A stretch of 64,000 nt of DNA, from NCBI GenBank assembly GCA_963798485.1, contig CAWCTR010000024.1, positions 32,001 through 96,000 of the forward strand, in the 5' to 3' direction. Under the pieces are notes generated by a model that worked only from the letters and a program-made list of their open reading frames with translations, had not been told where the DNA came from and made no database searches. Shown here piece after piece: positions 47,965-59,246 of this stretch; position 1 is the first letter of the stretch, and each line of letters begins with the position of its first letter. This DNA is from an uncultured delta proteobacterium (GTDB lineage: Bacteria > Desulfobacterota > Desulfomonilia > UBA1062). The position numbers and the translations under genes were made by a program.

Positions 47965-49839
47965 ATGAAAGCAAGACCTCCGGAAACAGCGGATCAGAGA
48001 ATCCTCGAAGGATTCAAAGAAAAGATCGTCACCCCTGAAGAGGCGCTCTCCCTTGTGAAGCCGGGGGACAAGGTGTTTGTAGGAACAGCGTGCGCCACCC
48101 CACAGACCCTGATAATGGCCCTGGAAAGGCTCAACAAGGAACTTGCCGATGTCCAGCTTTTCCATTTCATTACAAACGGGGCCATACCCCGCAAAGACGG
48201 GGTGCCATGCACTCGGTTCCGCCACAAGTCGTTCTTTGTGGATACCGACAACCGTGAAATCGTGAACAAGGGGAATGCCGATTATGTTCCCATCTCCCTT
48301 CCCCAGGCCTGCGCCCTGATAGGCAACGGCCGGGTCACCCCTGATATCGCCCTCATCCAGACAACCCTGCCGGATGAGTACGGGCATGTCAGTCTGGGGG
48401 TATCGGTGGACATCACCCACACCGCTGTGGAAAAGGCCAAGGTTGTCATAGCGGAGATAAACCCCAACATGCCGTGGACCATCGGGGATACATATATCCC
48501 GGTTGACCGTATCGACCGCATGGTAGTGGTGGATACACCGGTAACCGAATATGTCCACCCCCATGTCGTGGATGCCATCTCGCAAAAGATCGCCCGGTAT
48601 GTGGCCCGTATCATCGAAGACGGGTCCACCCTTCAGATCGGCCTGGGCCGAATCCCCAACGAGATGCTCAAGTATCTTACCAACAGAAAAAACCTGGGCA
48701 TTCACTCCGATGTCATCACGGAGCCGGTTATCGATCTCATAGAAAAAGGCGTCATCACCGGGAATGCAAAGACCATCCACCGGGGACAGGTGGTGGCCAG
48801 CTATTGCCTCGGGACCCGCCGCCTCTATGATTTTATTGATAGGAACCCCATGTTTTCCTTCCATCCCATCGAGTATATCTGCGATCCGATGATCATGGCA
48901 AAAAACACCAAGCTGGTTTCCGTCACCCAGGCCTTTGCAATGGACCTCACGGGCCAGGTGTGCGCCGATCAGTTTGAAGGCGAGTTCTACAGCGGCGTGT
49001 CTACCCAGCCCGAATTCTTAAGGGGCGCCGCCAGCACACCGGGAGGGAAGCCCATCATTTGCCTTTCATCCACGACGGAAGACTGCGGCACCTCGCGCAT
49101 ACGGCCCCTGCTGCTTGAAGGAGAAGGGGTGACCATCGCGCGTTCGGAGATCCATTATGTAGTAACCGAGTATGGAATAGCCTATCTTTTCGGCAAATCC
49201 ATCAGCGAGCGGGCATTGTCCCTTATCGAGATTGCGCACCCGTCATTCAGGCCATGGCTCCTGGAGGAGGCGAAGCGCCTTGGATATGTGCGCAAGGACC
49301 AGCAACTGAAAAGCCGTGTAGCCTACCCGTGCGATGATGAGTGTGAGGTCGTGCTGAAAAACGGCATGAAGATCTTTATCAGGCCTTCGCGGGCCAGCGA
49401 TGAACGGGGTCTGCAGGACCTGTTCTATCACCTGAGCCCCAAGGATGTTTACACACGGTTTTTCACCGGGCTGAACTCGCTGTCCGTTTCAAAGGCGCAG
49501 CACCTGTGCAATGTGGACTATGACCACGAAATGGCCTTTGTGGCCGTGACCGGCGAGAAGGAAGAGTGCGAGTGCATCATCGGCAGCTCCTGCTATTTCG
49601 TAGACGAGGCGACCAAGCTTGCCGACGTGGCCTATATGATACACCCGCAGTGGCAGAGCGTGGGCCTGGGAAGCCGGCTTCAGCAGAAAATGATCGACTA
49701 TGCGCAGGCCCGGGGGATACGCGGGTTTACCGCAGACATCCTGGCTGAGAACGATAAAATGATCAAGCTCACCCAGAAGCGCTCGAACATAAATATGACC
49801 CCGAGCTACGGCACCTATGAGGTTACCGTGATATTCTGA
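47965..49839 (+). CDS. Acetyl-CoA hydrolase/transferase fused to a GNAT acetyltransferase
   Basis: DGSTLQIGLGRIP, DLTGQVCAD, VVTEYG; C-terminal RFF..VDY..QSVGLGS GNAT domain. Confidence 0.88.
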   Translation: MKARPPETADQRILEGFKEKIVTPEEALSLVKPGDKVFVGTACATPQTLIMALERLNKELADVQLFHFITNGAIPRKDGVPCTRFRHKSFFVDTDNREIVNKGNADYVPISLPQACALIGNGRVTPDIALIQTTLPDEYGHVSLGVSVDITHTAVEKAKVVIAEINPNMPWTIGDTYIPVDRIDRMVVVDTPVTEYVHPHVVDAISQKIARYVARIIEDGSTLQIGLGRIPNEMLKYLTNRKNLGIHSDVITEPVIDLIEKGVITGNAKTIHRGQVVASYCLGTRRLYDFIDRNPMFSFHPIEYICDPMIMAKNTKLVSVTQAFAMDLTGQVCADQFEGEFYSGVSTQPEFLRGAASTPGGKPIICLSSTTEDCGTSRIRPLLLEGEGVTIARSEIHYVVTEYGIAYLFGKSISERALSLIEIAHPSFRPWLLEEAKRLGYVRKDQQLKSRVAYPCDDECEVVLKNGMKIFIRPSRASDERGLQDLFYHLSPKDVYTRFFTGLNSLSVSKAQHLCNVDYDHEMAFVAVTGEKEECECIIGSSCYFVDEATKLADVAYMIHPQWQSVGLGSRLQQKMIDYAQARGIRGFTADILAENDKMIKLTQKRSNINMTPSYGTYEVTVIF

Positions 49840-49891
49840 TGAGCAGGGCACGGCGGTATTTTCTTTTCCCCTTTGCTATAGGGGGGAACCA

Positions 49892-50506
49892 TTGTTTGGA
49901 GGTGTATTGAAACGATTACGCGAACTGCTGCTTATGGATGATCATGTGTGCCCGTGGTGGCTCGCCTATACCTTTGACAACCCCATCAGACGCATCCTCC
50001 ACCCACCCGGGAAGGTCCTGGGAGGCCTTGTCCGCCAAGGCTGTACAGCACTCGACATCGGGTGCGGCATGGGCCACTTCACTATAGGCATGGCCAAAAT
50101 GGTGGGGGATCATGGCCGGGTCATCGCCGTAGATATCCAGGGGCAGATGCTGGAGAGGGTTAAGAGGCGCGCCGGGCATCAGGGGCTGATAGAGCGGCTC
50201 ATCCTGCACAAGGGCGAGGTGGAAGGCCTTGAGATGAAGGGCCAGGTGGACTTTGCCCTGGCGTTCTGGATGGTCCATGAGGTGCCTGACCAGTCGGCAT
50301 TCTTCAAGGCCGTAAAAGACCTGCTCAAACCTGACGGGCGTTTCCTAATAGCTGAGCCGAAGATACACACGAGTGAAGCGGACATGGAGAGGTCATTGAA
50401 GATCGCATCCCAGGCAGGGCTTAATGTCTACGCCAACCCGGGTATCTCGTTGAGCAGGACCGCATTGCTCATCCATCAGGGGGGAATAATGCGGCAGGGG
50501 GAATGA
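49892..50506 (+). CDS. Class I SAM-dependent methyltransferase
   Basis: HVCPWW, LDIGCGMG, FWMVHEV motifs. Confidence 0.88.
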   Translation: MFGGVLKRLRELLLMDDHVCPWWLAYTFDNPIRRILHPPGKVLGGLVRQGCTALDIGCGMGHFTIGMAKMVGDHGRVIAVDIQGQMLERVKRRAGHQGLIERLILHKGEVEGLEMKGQVDFALAFWMVHEVPDQSAFFKAVKDLLKPDGRFLIAEPKIHTSEADMERSLKIASQAGLNVYANPGISLSRTALLIHQGGIMRQGE

Positions 50507-50507
50507 G

Positions 50508-50627
50508 ATGGCAGGAGAAAAGGTAACACGCCGGCAGAAGGACATCTCCAGGCTCATCAAGGAACGCAGCAAGATCACCAAGGACAAGATCAGGCGGGAC
50601 AAGGGAAAAGAGAAACCCGGGAAATAA
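50508..50627 (+). CDS. 39-aa highly basic small protein (not in ORF track)
   Basis: MAGEKVTRRQKDISRLIKERSKITKDKIRRDKGKEKPGK; AGGGGGA RBS; fills the gap between the methyltransferase and aqpZ. Confidence 0.5.
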   Translation: MAGEKVTRRQKDISRLIKERSKITKDKIRRDKGKEKPGK

Positions 50628-50649
50628 CCCTTAAGAAGGAGGGGTATCT

Positions 50650-51342
50650 ATGGTCAATAAACTCGGCGCTGAATTCTTCGGTACCTTCTGGCTGGTCCTT
50701 GGCGGGTGCGGAAGCGCAGTCCTGGCAGCGGCCTTCCCCCATGTGGGCATCGGCCTGCTCGGTGTTGCACTGGCCTTCGGCTTGACGGTCCTGACCATGG
50801 CCTTTGCCATCGGCCACATCTCCGGGGCCCACCTGAATCCTGCGGTCACATGCGGGCTTGTCGCAGGAGGCCGGTTCCCGGCCAAAGACCTTGTGCCCTA
50901 CATCATCGCCCAGGTGCTCGGGGCCACCATAGGGGCAGGGGTGTTGTATATCATTGCAAGCGGTGCTGCAGGCTTCGATGTTTCGTCCGGCTTTGCAAGC
51001 AACGGCTATGGCGAGCATTCGCCCGGCGGGTACTCGCTAGCTTCGTCCCTGGTCTGCGAGATCGTCATGACCTTCATGTTCCTGTTTGTCATCATGGGCG
51101 CAACCGATAAACGCGCGCCAAAAGGGTTCGCACCCATTGCCATCGGGCTGTGTTTAACGCTCATCCACCTCATCAGCATCCCTGTCACCAACACCTCGGT
51201 GAACCCGGCCAGGAGCACGGGCGTTGCACTGTTTGCCGGCGGATGGGCCATCCAGCAGCTCTGGCTCTTCTGGGCGGCGCCAATCATCGGGGGGGTTCTC
51301 GGAGGTATCGTCTACCGTATAGTGGGGAGCTCGAAGGAATAA
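50650..51342 (+). CDS. aqpZ: Aquaporin Z
   Basis: [23 protein letters not shown] and SVNPARS (NPA motifs). Confidence 0.96.
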   Translation: MVNKLGAEFFGTFWLVLGGCGSAVLAAAFPHVGIGLLGVALAFGLTVLTMAFAIGHISGAHLNPAVTCGLVAGGRFPAKDLVPYIIAQVLGATIGAGVLYIIASGAAGFDVSSGFASNGYGEHSPGGYSLASSLVCEIVMTFMFLFVIMGATDKRAPKGFAPIAIGLCLTLIHLISIPVTNTSVNPARSTGVALFAGGWAIQQLWLFWAAPIIGGVLGGIVYRIVGSSKE

Positions 51343-51421
51343 TATAATAAAAAAACGGCATGTGGGGTAAACCCGGGCAATCAGCTCAAGAGTGCCGGTT
51401 ATCTGGCCTCTCGCCTGGGGG

Positions 51422-52480
51422 TTAGATGGCTGCGGTAAGTTTGAATTCAGGCTCTAAATCCGTCTCGCACGTCACACGGCACCTGCCGTCTTGTTTTGAT
51501 TTATAGAGCGCCTTGTCAGCCCTTTGGATAATGCTTTCCATGAATTCACCTGTCCTATACCGGGCAACGCCGAAAGACAGGTAGACCGGGCCGATGAACT
51601 GGTTTGTATCTTTCCGCTTCCAATTCAGATTCTTGAAATAGTTACAAATCTTTTCCGCTAAAATAACAGCGCCTTTCAGAGGTGTATCCGGAAGCAAGAT
51701 CACAAACTCCTCGCCGCCATAACGGACAACAAGGTCTTTGCCTTTTACACACTCTTTTAATACTTCAGCGGTAATCCTGAGCACCTTGTCACCGACAAGG
51801 TGTCCATAGGTATCATTGATGTTTTTGAAATGATCAATGTCGGCAAATATGATGCAGAGTTCACCATCTGTATCATCAGCCTGTTTGGCCTCTTCGTGAA
51901 AGGCTGCAGCCAGGTATCTGCGGTTTTTAATACCGGTCAGAAGATCTGTTGTGGCTTGTTCCTTTATCTGCTCAAGATCCTTGTTCAGCAATTCCACTTC
52001 ATTGGTAGTGGCCTGCAGCCGTTCTTTAATCTGTTGCCCCGATTGTACGATTGCCCTCGTCTCCGAAAGGATCCCCTCGACCACCTTGGAAACGGCCTCA
52101 ACATCGAGATCTTCTTTGAGGTCTTGAGAATACCTCTCAATTACCTCCCCAAAGCTTTTAACCTGCCCGCCGGCATCAGAGATATGCACCAGGATCCTTT
52201 CAAGGATCGCCCTGAGTTCGCCACGTATTTTATCAACGATCAGCTTCCGGTCTATGGCGATATACTTTTCATAGAGGCTGATATTCTGTTCCGGCGTAAC
52301 ACATTGGGACCTGGCCAGTACATCATCAATGACGACCCTTAATTTCTCGTTCTTGCCTGAGACATATTCATACCACACAGAGTAATTCGCCGGGTCAAAA
52401 GGGATCTGAAACCGGCCCATGTGTGATAATGCCAGACGAAGATACTCACTGGATTGTTCTATTGAATCTTCATACTGCAT
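51422..52480 (-). CDS. Diguanylate cyclase
   Basis: DIDHFKNINDTYGH and RYGGEEF motifs. Confidence 0.93.
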   Translation of the reverse strand: MQYEDSIEQSSEYLRLALSHMGRFQIPFDPANYSVWYEYVSGKNEKLRVVIDDVLARSQCVTPEQNISLYEKYIAIDRKLIVDKIRGELRAILERILVHISDAGGQVKSFGEVIERYSQDLKEDLDVEAVSKVVEGILSETRAIVQSGQQIKERLQATTNEVELLNKDLEQIKEQATTDLLTGIKNRRYLAAAFHEEAKQADDTDGELCIIFADIDHFKNINDTYGHLVGDKVLRITAEVLKECVKGKDLVVRYGGEEFVILLPDTPLKGAVILAEKICNYFKNLNWKRKDTNQFIGPVYLSFGVARYRTGEFMESIIQRADKALYKSKQDGRCRVTCETDLEPEFKLTAAI

Positions 52481-52632
52481 ATCTGCCTCCGAATATCAAA
52501 ATTCCATTATACTTTGATCCCTATCGACATATGAATCACTCCTCTTTAATATTTTGAGCTATTATCAATAAAAACCACCTGATTCACTGTCAAACATTTT
52601 ACATGTCTCATTGATGCTGCCTGTCAGATTCG

Positions 52633-52788
52633 TCATACCCCTATTCTGCAGGCAATCCCCTTTCCGGTAAAAGGGCATTGAAATTCCAACGCACAGGCAA
52701 TGAGCCTCATGGGTTTTCCCTCTTTATTGCCTTTCCCGTAGCGGGGATCACCCATGACAGGGTGTCCTATTGAAGCAAGATGCCGGCG
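52633..52788 (-). pseudogene. C-terminal remnant of an RluA-family pseudouridine synthase
   Basis: Minus strand translates RRHLASIGHPVMGDPRYGKGNKEGKPMRLIACALEFQCPFTG. Confidence 0.75.
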
Positions 52789-52803
52789 TGGCAATCTCGT
52801 TTT

Positions 52804-54600
52804 TCACGCCCCTATCATAAGGGCCTTGATCTCATCATGGTCGATCTTTTCCTTGTCGAGGAGCAATTGCGCGCCTTTGGCCAGGGTGTCTCTCCTGGCT
52901 TTAAGGATGTCCAGGGCGACCTTGTACTGAGAGGAGATGATCCGCTGGATCTCGCCATCTATGGCCTGGGCCGTGGTATCGCTGTAGTCCCCGCGATTTT
53001 CCATGCCTATGTCCATGAACTGCGAGCGTCTGTCATGGGCCAGGTAGACCTGGCCGAGCGAATCGCTCATGCCGTATTCCTTGACCATGCTCTTGGCGAT
53101 ATCCGTGGCCCGGGACAGGTCGTTGTGGGCCCCTGTGGATATATCGCCGAAGATGATCTCTTCGGCCGCCCTGCCGCCGAGCAGTGATGCGATCTTGTTC
53201 AAGAGTTCCGTCTTGCTCATGAGGAACCGGTCTTCGGTGGGCACTTGCATGGTGTAACCGAGCGCCGCGATGCCCCGGGGGATGATGGAGATCTTCTGCA
53301 CCGGATCGGTGCCGGGCAGGCTCATGGCGACTATTGCGTGGCCCATTTCATGGTGCGCCACCACGTCCCTCTCATGCGGATTGATGACCCGGTTCTTCTT
53401 CTCGAGCCCGCCGATGATACGTTCCACCGCCTCCTGGAATTCACTCATGCCCACGAGCTTCTTATTCCGCCTGACCGCGAGCAGTGCCGCCTCATTAGCG
53501 AGGTTTGCCAGGTCGGCGCCCACCATACCGGGTGTCATGGCTGCAAGCTTTTCGATATCCACATCGGGTTCGGTTTTGACCGTGCGCAGGTGAACCTTGA
53601 GGATGTCCTCCCTCCCCTTCTTATCAGGACGATCCACCAGGATATGGCGGTCGAACCTTCCCGGCCTGAGCAAGGCCGGGTCCAATATCTCGGGCCGGTT
53701 GGTGGCTGCCATGAGGATGACCCCCACCTTTGAGTCGAAACCGTCCATCTCCACCAGGAGCTGGTTGAGGGTCTGCTCGCGTTCGTCATGACCTCCGGTC
53801 ATGCCGCCCAAACCCCGCGCCTTGCCCAGGGCATCGAGCTCGTCGATGAAAATGATGCAGGGGGCCTTCTCCTTGGCCTGCACGAAGAGGTCCCTCACCC
53901 GGGCGGCCCCGAGGCCCACGAACATCTCTACAAAATCGGACCCGCTCATGCTGAAAAACGGCACACCGCTCTCACCGGCCACGGCCTTTGCCAGCAGGGT
54001 CTTGCCGGTGCCCGGGGGCCCCACCAGCAGGATGCCCTTGGGGACCTTGCCCCCAAGCTCTCCGAACTTCGCAGGGTTCTTGAGAAAGTCGATCACCTCC
54101 ACGAGCTCCTGCTCCGCCTCATCCACCCCGGCCACATCGGTGAATCTCACGCTGAGCTCGTTTTCCATATAGATCTTGGCCTTGTTCTTGCCCAGCGACA
54201 TGAAGCCGGGCTGCTGGCCCCCCATGCGTTTCATGAAGAGGTACCAGATCCCGATGAACAGAAATACAGGCAGTACCCAGGAGATGATATCGCGCAGAAA
54301 GGTGGACTCGATCTCACCCTTGAATGTGACGTTGTACTGCTCAAGTGTCTTCGAGAGCTCCGGGTCCACCCGCACGGTTTTGAAATCTTCGGTCTTTCCT
54401 TCAGAGCCCTTCATCTTCCCCTGGATCTTGTCCAGAGAAACGGCGATCTCCGTGACCTTGCCTGTCTTGAGCAGCGTCATGAACTGGCTGTAGGGGATGG
54501 TCTTCACGGCAAACATCGATGCTATGTAACTCTGGACGATGAGAACCACCCACACCCCTATTAGAATATAAAAAACGGAAAACTTATGCTGTTTCTCCAA
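52804..54600 (-). CDS. ftsH: ATP-dependent zinc metalloprotease FtsH
   Basis: [31 protein letters not shown] zinc motif. Confidence 0.96.
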   Translation of the reverse strand: MEKQHKFSVFYILIGVWVVLIVQSYIASMFAVKTIPYSQFMTLLKTGKVTEIAVSLDKIQGKMKGSEGKTEDFKTVRVDPELSKTLEQYNVTFKGEIESTFLRDIISWVLPVFLFIGIWYLFMKRMGGQQPGFMSLGKNKAKIYMENELSVRFTDVAGVDEAEQELVEVIDFLKNPAKFGELGGKVPKGILLVGPPGTGKTLLAKAVAGESGVPFFSMSGSDFVEMFVGLGAARVRDLFVQAKEKAPCIIFIDELDALGKARGLGGMTGGHDEREQTLNQLLVEMDGFDSKVGVILMAATNRPEILDPALLRPGRFDRHILVDRPDKKGREDILKVHLRTVKTEPDVDIEKLAAMTPGMVGADLANLANEAALLAVRRNKKLVGMSEFQEAVERIIGGLEKKNRVINPHERDVVAHHEMGHAIVAMSLPGTDPVQKISIIPRGIAALGYTMQVPTEDRFLMSKTELLNKIASLLGGRAAEEIIFGDISTGAHNDLSRATDIAKSMVKEYGMSDSLGQVYLAHDRRSQFMDIGMENRGDYSDTTAQAIDGEIQRIISSQYKVALDILKARRDTLAKGAQLLLDKEKIDHDEIKALMIGA

Positions 54601-54735
54601 GTAGTGTTCTCTCCTTCATGTATGGCTTATGGTGAAGTGAATATTACTTTACTATAGTTAAGGGTTAAAATCCATGCGTGAACCGCTCTTCACCATGGAA
54701 CCATCTAATAACTAACGATTCAGGAGGAATAAAAG

Positions 54736-55809
54736 ATGATCAGAAAAATCATGAAAGGATTGATAGCCATGCTGATTCTTCTGCCATTGTCCACCGGGTT
54801 CTCGGCTGACACAAAATATGAACTGGCCACCTTTGCAGGGGGGTGCTTCTGGTGCATGGTGCATCCCTTTGATAAGCTCCCCGGGGTGAGCGGGGTTCTC
54901 TCGGGATACACCGGGGGACATACCGTCAATCCCACCTATGAGGAAAACTCATCCGGGACTACCGGACACGCAGAGGCCATCCAGGTGACCTATGATCCTG
55001 CGAAGATCTCGTATGCGGACCTGCTCGAGGTGTTCTGGCGGCAGATAGACCCCACCGACGCGGGTGGGCAGTTCGTGGACAGGGGCAACCAGTACCGGAG
55101 CGCCATCTTCTACCACAACGATGAGCAGAAGCGGCTCGCAGAGGAATCCAGGGACCGGCTCGCAAAATCCCACAGGTTTTCAAAACCCATCGTCACCGAG
55201 ATAGTGAAGGCCGGTACGTTCTACAAGGCAGAGGAATACCACCAGTATTACTATAAGAAGAACCCTGTCCGGTATAGGTACTACCGGTTCAACTCAGGCC
55301 GTGACAAGTTCCTTGACAAGGCCTGGGGCAAAGACAGGGACTATGTGCCGGGAAAGACCGGGGCAGGTTCGTACACCAAGCCGAGTGCAGAGGTCTTGAA
55401 AAAGAAGCTCACGCCCATGCAGTTCAAGGTAACCCAGAAAGAGGGAACGGAACCGGCCTTTGATAATATTTACTGGAATAACAAACACGAAGGCATCTAT
55501 GTGGACATCGTCTCGGGCGAGCCCCTTTTCAGCTCCAGGGATAAGTATGACTCCGGCACCGGGTGGCCGAGCTTCACCCGGCCCTTGGAACCGGATAATA
55601 TCGTGGAGAAACAGGACAGGAGCCTGTTCACGTCAAGGACAGAGGTGAGGAGCAAGCATGCCGATTCTCATCTCGGCCACGTATTCGATGACGGCCCACC
55701 CCCTACGGGGCTGCGCTTTTGCATGAACTCGGCCGCCTTGCGGTTCATCCCGAAGGAGGACCTGCAAAAGGAGGGCTACGGACAATACCTTAAACTTTTT
55801 GATAAATAA
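54736..55809 (+). CDS. msrAB: Exported bifunctional methionine sulfoxide reductase MsrA/MsrB
   Basis: AGGCFWC, AEEYHQ; [22 protein letters not shown]; signal peptide. Confidence 0.95.
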   Translation: MIRKIMKGLIAMLILLPLSTGFSADTKYELATFAGGCFWCMVHPFDKLPGVSGVLSGYTGGHTVNPTYEENSSGTTGHAEAIQVTYDPAKISYADLLEVFWRQIDPTDAGGQFVDRGNQYRSAIFYHNDEQKRLAEESRDRLAKSHRFSKPIVTEIVKAGTFYKAEEYHQYYYKKNPVRYRYYRFNSGRDKFLDKAWGKDRDYVPGKTGAGSYTKPSAEVLKKKLTPMQFKVTQKEGTEPAFDNIYWNNKHEGIYVDIVSGEPLFSSRDKYDSGTGWPSFTRPLEPDNIVEKQDRSLFTSRTEVRSKHADSHLGHVFDDGPPPTGLRFCMNSAALRFIPKEDLQKEGYGQYLKLFDK

Positions 55810-55876
55810 AAATAGATTCTTCTCTGTGAAGCATACTTTTCAGGAGGTTCTAGAGGCATGTGGAAGTAATTTTTTT

Positions 55877-55987
55877 CACCACGAAGGACACGAAGAGTAC
55901 GAAGAAGATCTAAGGGATGCAGAACAAACGCTTGTGGATCTTTTGAACCGATCCTATTTCAAAAGGGTTCCTTTCTTCGTGTCCTTC
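55877..55987. repeat. ACGAAG-type repeat with a 13-bp perfect inverted partner
   Basis: CACCACGAAGGACACGAAGAGTACGAAG; GAAGGACACGAAG (55883) pairs with CTTCGTGTCCTTC (55975). Confidence 0.7.
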
Positions 55988-56091
55988 TTATAACTTATTA
56001 CTATCCATCGTTTTCTTGTCTTTTGTGCATCATTTTCATCCAGCCAGTATGTTGATTGTGGTGAATAAATGAACCCCAACAGAGCAAAAGG

Positions 56092-56130
56092 TCCCCTCTC
56101 CCTCGATGGGAGAGGGACAGGGTGAGGGTG
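56092..56130. repeat. CCCTCTCCC-type palindromic repeat element
   Basis: TCCCCTCTCCC-TCGAT-GGGAGAGGGA-CAGGGTGAGGGTG. Confidence 0.7.
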
Positions 56131-56221
56131 CATAGTTAGAATAAGGACCTCGACGTCTGCATATCGGTCTCTCATTTGAGATGCTTTCCTCGGAATACTT
56201 CCCCCCCCCTGCAGATCCTAG

Positions 56222-56336
56222 AGCCAGTAGGTTGGGTTGAACTTGTGAAACCCAACAACAAGACTTAAGATAGAATCCATTCAAATATTCAGATCTTGAT
56301 GTGTTGGGTTTCGTTCCTCAACCCAACCTACTGGCT
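56222..56336. repeat. REPIN-like inverted pair of GTAG REPs (family 2)
   Basis: AGCCAGTAGGTTGGGTTGA...AAACCCAACA and TGTTGGGTTT...TCAACCCAACCTACTGGCT. Confidence 0.85.
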
Positions 56337-56467
56337 GGTCTCCTCCTTGGTTGGTTTTTTGTTATTGGCGCAGCAAAATATACCACCCATTCGAGGAGGC
56401 CTTACATAGTATCAATGGCATGCAGATGGACGCGGGCTGCCGCCCGCGCCGTTGATGCCAGGCGTTA

Positions 56468-56920
56468 TCACTTTCCCCTGAGAACCGCCTGGATCAGGCC
56501 ATCGAGGTGCTGCAGGAAGCGGGAACGATCGCGCTTTCCAAAAGGGGCAGGCCCGCCGGTGTTGTTCCCCATGTCGCGGAGATAGGCTGACAGCTCTCTA
56601 CTTGCAAGGGCATCACCGATAGTTTCCTTGGTGAGAACACGTCCCTTGGGGTCTATCACACGGCCGCCGTTCTTCAGGCACCGCGAGGCAAGGGGGATGT
56701 CGGCCGATACTGCGATATCGTTTTCATGGATATTCTCTGCAATCCAATCGTCGGCGGCATCAAAGTGGTCCTTGACAACCACCATCTCGACGAAGACGTC
56801 TTTCGGAATCCTTATGCCGGTGTTGGAGACAAGCCAGACCTTGAACCCGTAACGTTTGGCAACCCGGAATACCTCATCCTTCACCGGGCATGCGTCGGCA
56901 TCGACATATATCTCCATCAA
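56468..56920 (-). CDS. YaiI/YqxD family protein
   Basis: [27 protein letters not shown] motifs. Confidence 0.92.
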   Translation of the reverse strand: MMEIYVDADACPVKDEVFRVAKRYGFKVWLVSNTGIRIPKDVFVEMVVVKDHFDAADDWIAENIHENDIAVSADIPLASRCLKNGGRVIDPKGRVLTKETIGDALASRELSAYLRDMGNNTGGPAPFGKRDRSRFLQHLDGLIQAVLRGK

Positions 56921-57141
56921 GATGCGCCCTTTCGGCTGAGGTACAAATCTTCAACCTTTTTCCTGGCCCAGGGTGTTTTTCTTAAGAATGTCAAACTGGA
57001 CTTGATGCTGGGATTATTTTGAAAACACTTGACACTGATGATCCTTCCCATTTCATCCCATCCATAATGTTCGACCAGCTGGGTGAGAATGTTCTCCAGG
57101 GTTAGGCCGTGCAGGGGATTATTCGGTTGTTGGTCAGCCAT
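56917..57141 (-). CDS. VF530/DUF2132 family DNA-binding protein
   Basis: [27 protein letters not shown] motifs; upstream in-frame extension is REP sequence. Confidence 0.9.
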   Translation of the reverse strand: MADQQPNNPLHGLTLENILTQLVEHYGWDEMGRIISVKCFQNNPSIKSSLTFLRKTPWARKKVEDLYLSRKGAS

Positions 57142-57157
57142 GTCCTTCAATCCTGGA

Positions 57158-57190
57158 TGTTGGGTTTCGTTTTCACTCAACCCAACCTAC
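57158..57190 (-). repeat. Single GTAG REP (family 2)
   Basis: TGTTGGGTTTCGTTTTCACTCAACCCAACCTAC directly downstream of typA. Confidence 0.82.
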
Positions 57191-57200
57191 ATCTACATCT

Positions 57201-59042
57201 CTAACCGGCGGCCTTCTTCTTTGCGACGCTCAAGCCGTGGCGCTTGCCTGCGGAGAGCTCGGTCTTGCGGAGTCTGACGGATTTGGGCGTCACCTCTACC
57301 ATCTCGTCTTCCCTGATGAACTGCAGCGCCTTCTCCAGGGTCATGGGCGTTATGGGCGAGAGCATGATGTTGTCGTCGCGTCCTGCGGCCCTCATGTTGG
57401 TGAGCTTCTTCATCTTGCAGGGGTTCACGTCGATGTCGTTCTCACGGCTGTGCTCGCCCACGATCATGCCTTCGTAGATAGGGTCGCCCGGGACGACGAA
57501 GAGCCTGCCCCTGGGCTCCAGTCCGCTCAGGGCATACGGTATGGCCACGCCTTTGCGGTCGGCCACGATTGCACCGGTGAAACGGCTCGGGAACTCGCCG
57601 CGGTGTTCTTCATAGCCCAGCAGGTATGAGCTCATGATGCCCGTGCCCTTGGTGTCGGTGAGGAACTCGTCACGGTATCCGATGAGGCCCCGCGATGGTA
57701 TGTTGAACTCTATCCTCACCCGGCCGGCGCCGTGGCTTGCGTAGTTGATCATCCTGCCCTTGCGGGTGGAGAGCTTCTGGGTGACAATGCCGAGATACTC
57801 CTCGCCGCAGTCGATATAGAGGTGCTCGATGGGCTCCAGCACCTTGCCATCCTTGTATTCGTTGATCACCTCGGGCCTGCTGACGCACATCTCGAAGCCT
57901 TCGCGCCGCATGGTCTCGATCAAAATGGCAAGCTGGAACTCGCCCCTGCCCTTGATGATGAAGCCGTCCCTGTCCGGCGCAACTTCAAGCTGGATGGACA
58001 CGTTGCGCAAGGTTTCCTTGATAAGGCGCTCGTGGATCCTGGTGGACTGCACATAGGCACCTTCCGTGCCTGCAAGGGGTGAATTGTTGGCAACGATGCG
58101 CATGGACACGGTAGGCTCATCCACAATTATCCGTTTCAGTGCCTTGGGGGCCTCCTGGGTGCAGATGGTATCACCGATCTTCACATTCTCGATGCCTGCT
58201 AGCACCACGATATCTCCGGGTTGCGCAGTGGCGACATCACGGATGCTTATCCCCTCATAGCTCTGGAGCTTGGTCACCTTGAGCGGCTGGTGAGCGCCGG
58301 CGGCATTGATGCACAGGAGTGCATCGCTGGCGGACGTATGTCCATGGTGGATCTTGCCGATGGCAAGCCTGCCTACATAATCGGAATAGTCCAGGTCGGA
58401 GACCAGCATCTGGAAGGGCTCGGCAGGATCGTATGACGGTGCCGGGATCTCAGCGAGGATGGTCTCGAAGAGACACTGCAGGTCTTTCCCCTCTTCGTCC
58501 AGCTCCCTCATGACAACCCCGTCACGGCCGATAGCGTAAAGGCAGGGAAAATCCGTCTGTTCATCATCGGCGCCGAGGTCGATGAAGAGGTCGTATATCT
58601 CGTTGAGCACTTGATGCGGCCTCGCATCTTTTCGGTCGATCTTGTTGATCACCACGACCACCTTAAGGCCGGCCTCCAAGGTCTTTTTCAAGACAAAACG
58701 CGTCTGCGGCAGCGGCCCTTCGGAGGCATCCACCAGAAGGATGGCGCCGTCCGCCATGGAGAGCGCCCGTTCCACCTCGCCCCCGAAGTCGGCATGTCCG
58801 GGGGTGTCGATGATGTTGATCTTCACCCCGTGCCAGATCACGGAACAGTTCTTGGCGGCAATGGTGATGCCGCGCTCGCGTTCCAGATCCATATTGTCCA
58901 TAATCCTGGCCTCAACCTCCTGGCCTTCGCGGAACACGCCGCTCTGGCGGAACATGGCGTCTACAAGGGTGGTCTTCCCATGGTCTACATGGGCAATAAT
59001 GGCGACGTTTCTGATGCTCTCATTTTTTGCGGGCTGATTCAT
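57201..59042 (-). CDS. typA: Translational GTPase TypA/BipA
   Basis: [55 protein letters not shown] motifs. Confidence 0.97.
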   Translation of the reverse strand: MNQPAKNESIRNVAIIAHVDHGKTTLVDAMFRQSGVFREGQEVEARIMDNMDLERERGITIAAKNCSVIWHGVKINIIDTPGHADFGGEVERALSMADGAILLVDASEGPLPQTRFVLKKTLEAGLKVVVVINKIDRKDARPHQVLNEIYDLFIDLGADDEQTDFPCLYAIGRDGVVMRELDEEGKDLQCLFETILAEIPAPSYDPAEPFQMLVSDLDYSDYVGRLAIGKIHHGHTSASDALLCINAAGAHQPLKVTKLQSYEGISIRDVATAQPGDIVVLAGIENVKIGDTICTQEAPKALKRIIVDEPTVSMRIVANNSPLAGTEGAYVQSTRIHERLIKETLRNVSIQLEVAPDRDGFIIKGRGEFQLAILIETMRREGFEMCVSRPEVINEYKDGKVLEPIEHLYIDCGEEYLGIVTQKLSTRKGRMINYASHGAGRVRIEFNIPSRGLIGYRDEFLTDTKGTGIMSSYLLGYEEHRGEFPSRFTGAIVADRKGVAIPYALSGLEPRGRLFVVPGDPIYEGMIVGEHSRENDIDVNPCKMKKLTNMRAAGRDDNIMLSPITPMTLEKALQFIREDEMVEVTPKSVRLRKTELSAGKRHGLSVAKKKAAG

Positions 59043-59246
59043 GGTGATCCTTTCACTGCCTCAAAAGCGCGTATCCAACAGCGCTCAGCGCTCAGTGCCA
59101 TATACCACGTCGACAGCCTTGGCAACAGAATTCTGCCGTAACCGGTCTCTGCGAACATCCTGTTAAGGACGAAATTCATTCTTAAATATTTTATCTCACC
59201 CGTCCATGAACCCTAATGCAATCTCGGAATGAAACGATAAGTAGAT

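Noticed and set aside
47860-48864. Long antisense ORFs (also 10319-11167, 53788-54564, 61016-61942, 62973-63665)
   Set aside because: Shadow ORFs opposite well-supported GC-rich genes, with no recognisable motifs
57141-57180. Longer start of the VF530 protein (MSENETQH...)
   Set aside because: The extension is translated REP sequence; an AAGGA RBS precedes MADQQ
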